Shown one piece after another: positions 62,112 to 64,000 of a DNA stretch of 64,000 nt; position 1 is the first letter of the stretch, and the number at the start of each line of letters is the position of its first letter. The translations under genes were made by a program, and so were the position numbers. Location: assembly GCF_036321535.1 (NCBI RefSeq), contig NC_087447.1, positions 34,970,001 to 35,034,000 of the forward strand. Reading direction: 5' to 3'. The notes beneath the pieces were generated by a model. The model had not been told where the DNA came from, made no database searches, and saw only the letters and a program-made list of their open reading frames with translations. This DNA is from Camelus dromedarius (lineage: Eukaryota).

Positions 62112-63754
62112 CTTCCTCCTGTGGCGCTTCTTCTCAGTGGCCTCCTCCCTCTCTGACTGCCATGGTTTTGCCCCAGAGTAGTTTCAGTTTGCTTTGTTTG
62201 CCCTACTTGGCATTGTAATCCAGCTTTAAATTGTTGACCTGATTCCTGACCGTTACTGGATCTCAGGTAATTTCTTCACATCTGTTTCAGAGCCCCCAGA
62301 ACACTTCTAACCAACTCTCAGAGCCACCCTACCACATCCCACCCCTGCCCCACCTGTAGAACCGGGGAGGAAAATCAGACAGTGGTGAAGAAATATTAAG
62401 GAGTGTGTGCCAAGTTCAGATGTTCTGATAGCAATGCGTGGGGGAGTGAGTTGACGAGTTTTTAGAAGTGAGCTGAATGTGTGCCAAGTGGAGGTGTTTG
62501 GGAGGAACTGGATACAAATCTGGAGCTTAGGACTCAGATAAAGACAGCGATGTAGATTTGGAAGCCGTAGCCATTCTGAAGGCTATATGAATACAATTAA
62601 CCAGGGAGAAGTCTTGAGGGAGTAGAGAAGAGGGACCAGACCAAACCCTGGGGGGTCATGACATTTAAGGGTTAAAAAAAAAAAAGGAAAGGAGACAAAC
62701 ACACAGGTAAACAGATACGTCAAGAATGTTTCTGACACCTCCAGTACACTCACAGGGAAAGAGACAGACACACCCAGAGAAGTATATGTTCACATAGATG
62801 ATCTATGGTATTTGTGGTTTGGCTCCCTCCTAGAACAGGTGACAGATGATGGTTCTGCTTCCGCATTGTAATAAGTCAGAAGCTTTTATAGACAGAGGAG
62901 AGTGACCCATCTTCATTCCTGATGGTGTGCTCCATTAGCTTCCACATCATCTGTGTGAGGCTCCATTCACCCAACCCCAGCCCAGGGCAATCCTACAGGT
63001 CTCTCCTGCCCTCTCTGCTTACAGGAGTCAACTTAGGAATACTGAATCCCAGTATCCTCCCATTTTCTGAAGACACTGGTATCAGAATGCCTCTGTCATG
63101 CTGGAGCCCACCTAGGCCAGGCAGGTGAGCCCTGGAGTGGCTGATGTAGCCTGTGGTGCAGGGTCTTCTGCAACCTTTAGGAAAAGGACAAAGATTTTAG
63201 CAGTACTCACTTTTCCAGACCCTCAAAGCTAAATTTTCATGCTGTCTTGAGATAGTTTATGGGTCAATGTCCCTAAAAACCTTCTGGGTCTTTAATTGGC
63301 TTCTGGGCCTGGGGCTAGACACATCTGGGTTCTTACTCCTCTTTCCTTTACTTTGATTATTGATAAGGGCATCACTAGACCTTTAGACATAAGCGGACTT
63401 CTCTAACTGTACAACTGCTAAATCAAGGGTCTCCTAATGGGGTCACTACCAGGGATGCCTCAGGAGGGATTCCTGATTTTGGTGGGGTATATGGGATTAG
63501 ATGACCTCCAACACCCAAGATTCTAGAGTCCCAAACTCTATGAAGTCCAAGTGGTTTAGTAAGTCCTTGTATTTGGGTCATCCAAGTTCAGCTGTGTCAC
63601 CAACAACCTCAATCCCTCTCTGCCTCCTGGCTCCACCCAGACGCTCAGCTCTCTCAGTTGTGTTTTTGGGTTGCTCCTTTCTCAGTGTTAGGAAGTCAGT
63701 ATGAGGAAGCAGAGATAAGAAAGGAGAAGTCTCTGGGGGTTGAGCAGGAGGACT

Positions 63755-63906
63755 TTTTTTTTTTTTTAACTTTTTCCTTTTTTTTTTTTGTTCTTTGTGG
63801 GGAAGGGGCAAGCTAATTAGATTTGTTTATTTGTTTAGCTTTAACAGAGGTACCGGGGATTGAACCCAGGCCTTCATGCATGCTAAACACATACCCATCG
63901 CCCCCA
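63755..63906 (-). mobile_element. tRNA-derived SINE (Vic-1-like, longer tail, A-box region partly deleted)
   Basis: GGTACCGGGGATTGAACCCAGG..CATGCATGCTAAAC with a long T-rich tail on the + strand. Confidence 0.75.
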
Positions 63907-64000
63907 GAAGGGTGGTTTTGAGAAGCAAACAAAAATCACCTAGAAGATCCCACTCATCAAGCCCCGTGAATGAGTAATTCTCTCCTCAACATCAGCACCT

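Overview
This is mammalian genomic DNA, and the tRNA-derived SINEs and the L1 3' end suggest a camelid or other cetartiodactyl. It covers the PTPN5-IGSF22-TMEM86A synteny block. (1) PTPN5/STEP lies on the + strand with 13 coding exons from 9946 to 43055. All 12 introns within the CDS are GT-AG, and the exons splice into 1620 nt = 539 aa with an intact KIM, KNRY, WPD, HCSAGIGR and Q-loop. It has a probable upstream non-coding exon and a poly(A) signal at 44126. (2) TMEM86A (lysoplasmalogenase) lies on the - strand with 3 exons, 240 aa and a CpG-island promoter. (3) The most notable feature, not captured as a gene by the ORF track, sits between them: IGSF22 survives only as a collapsed ~5.5 kb unitary-pseudogene-like remnant. 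Its six exon relics carry frameshifts, a nonsense codon, two broken splice acceptors and an in-frame loss of the Ig-core Trp, and an internal deletion removes most of the coding sequence. The rest is intron or intergenic DNA with MIR, L2, L1, CR1, LTR, Tigger and SINE repeats. I found no prokaryote-type system (CRISPR, operon). Nearly all ORFs in the supplied track are spurious. Comparisons with human proteins and repeat family names come from memory, not from a search.
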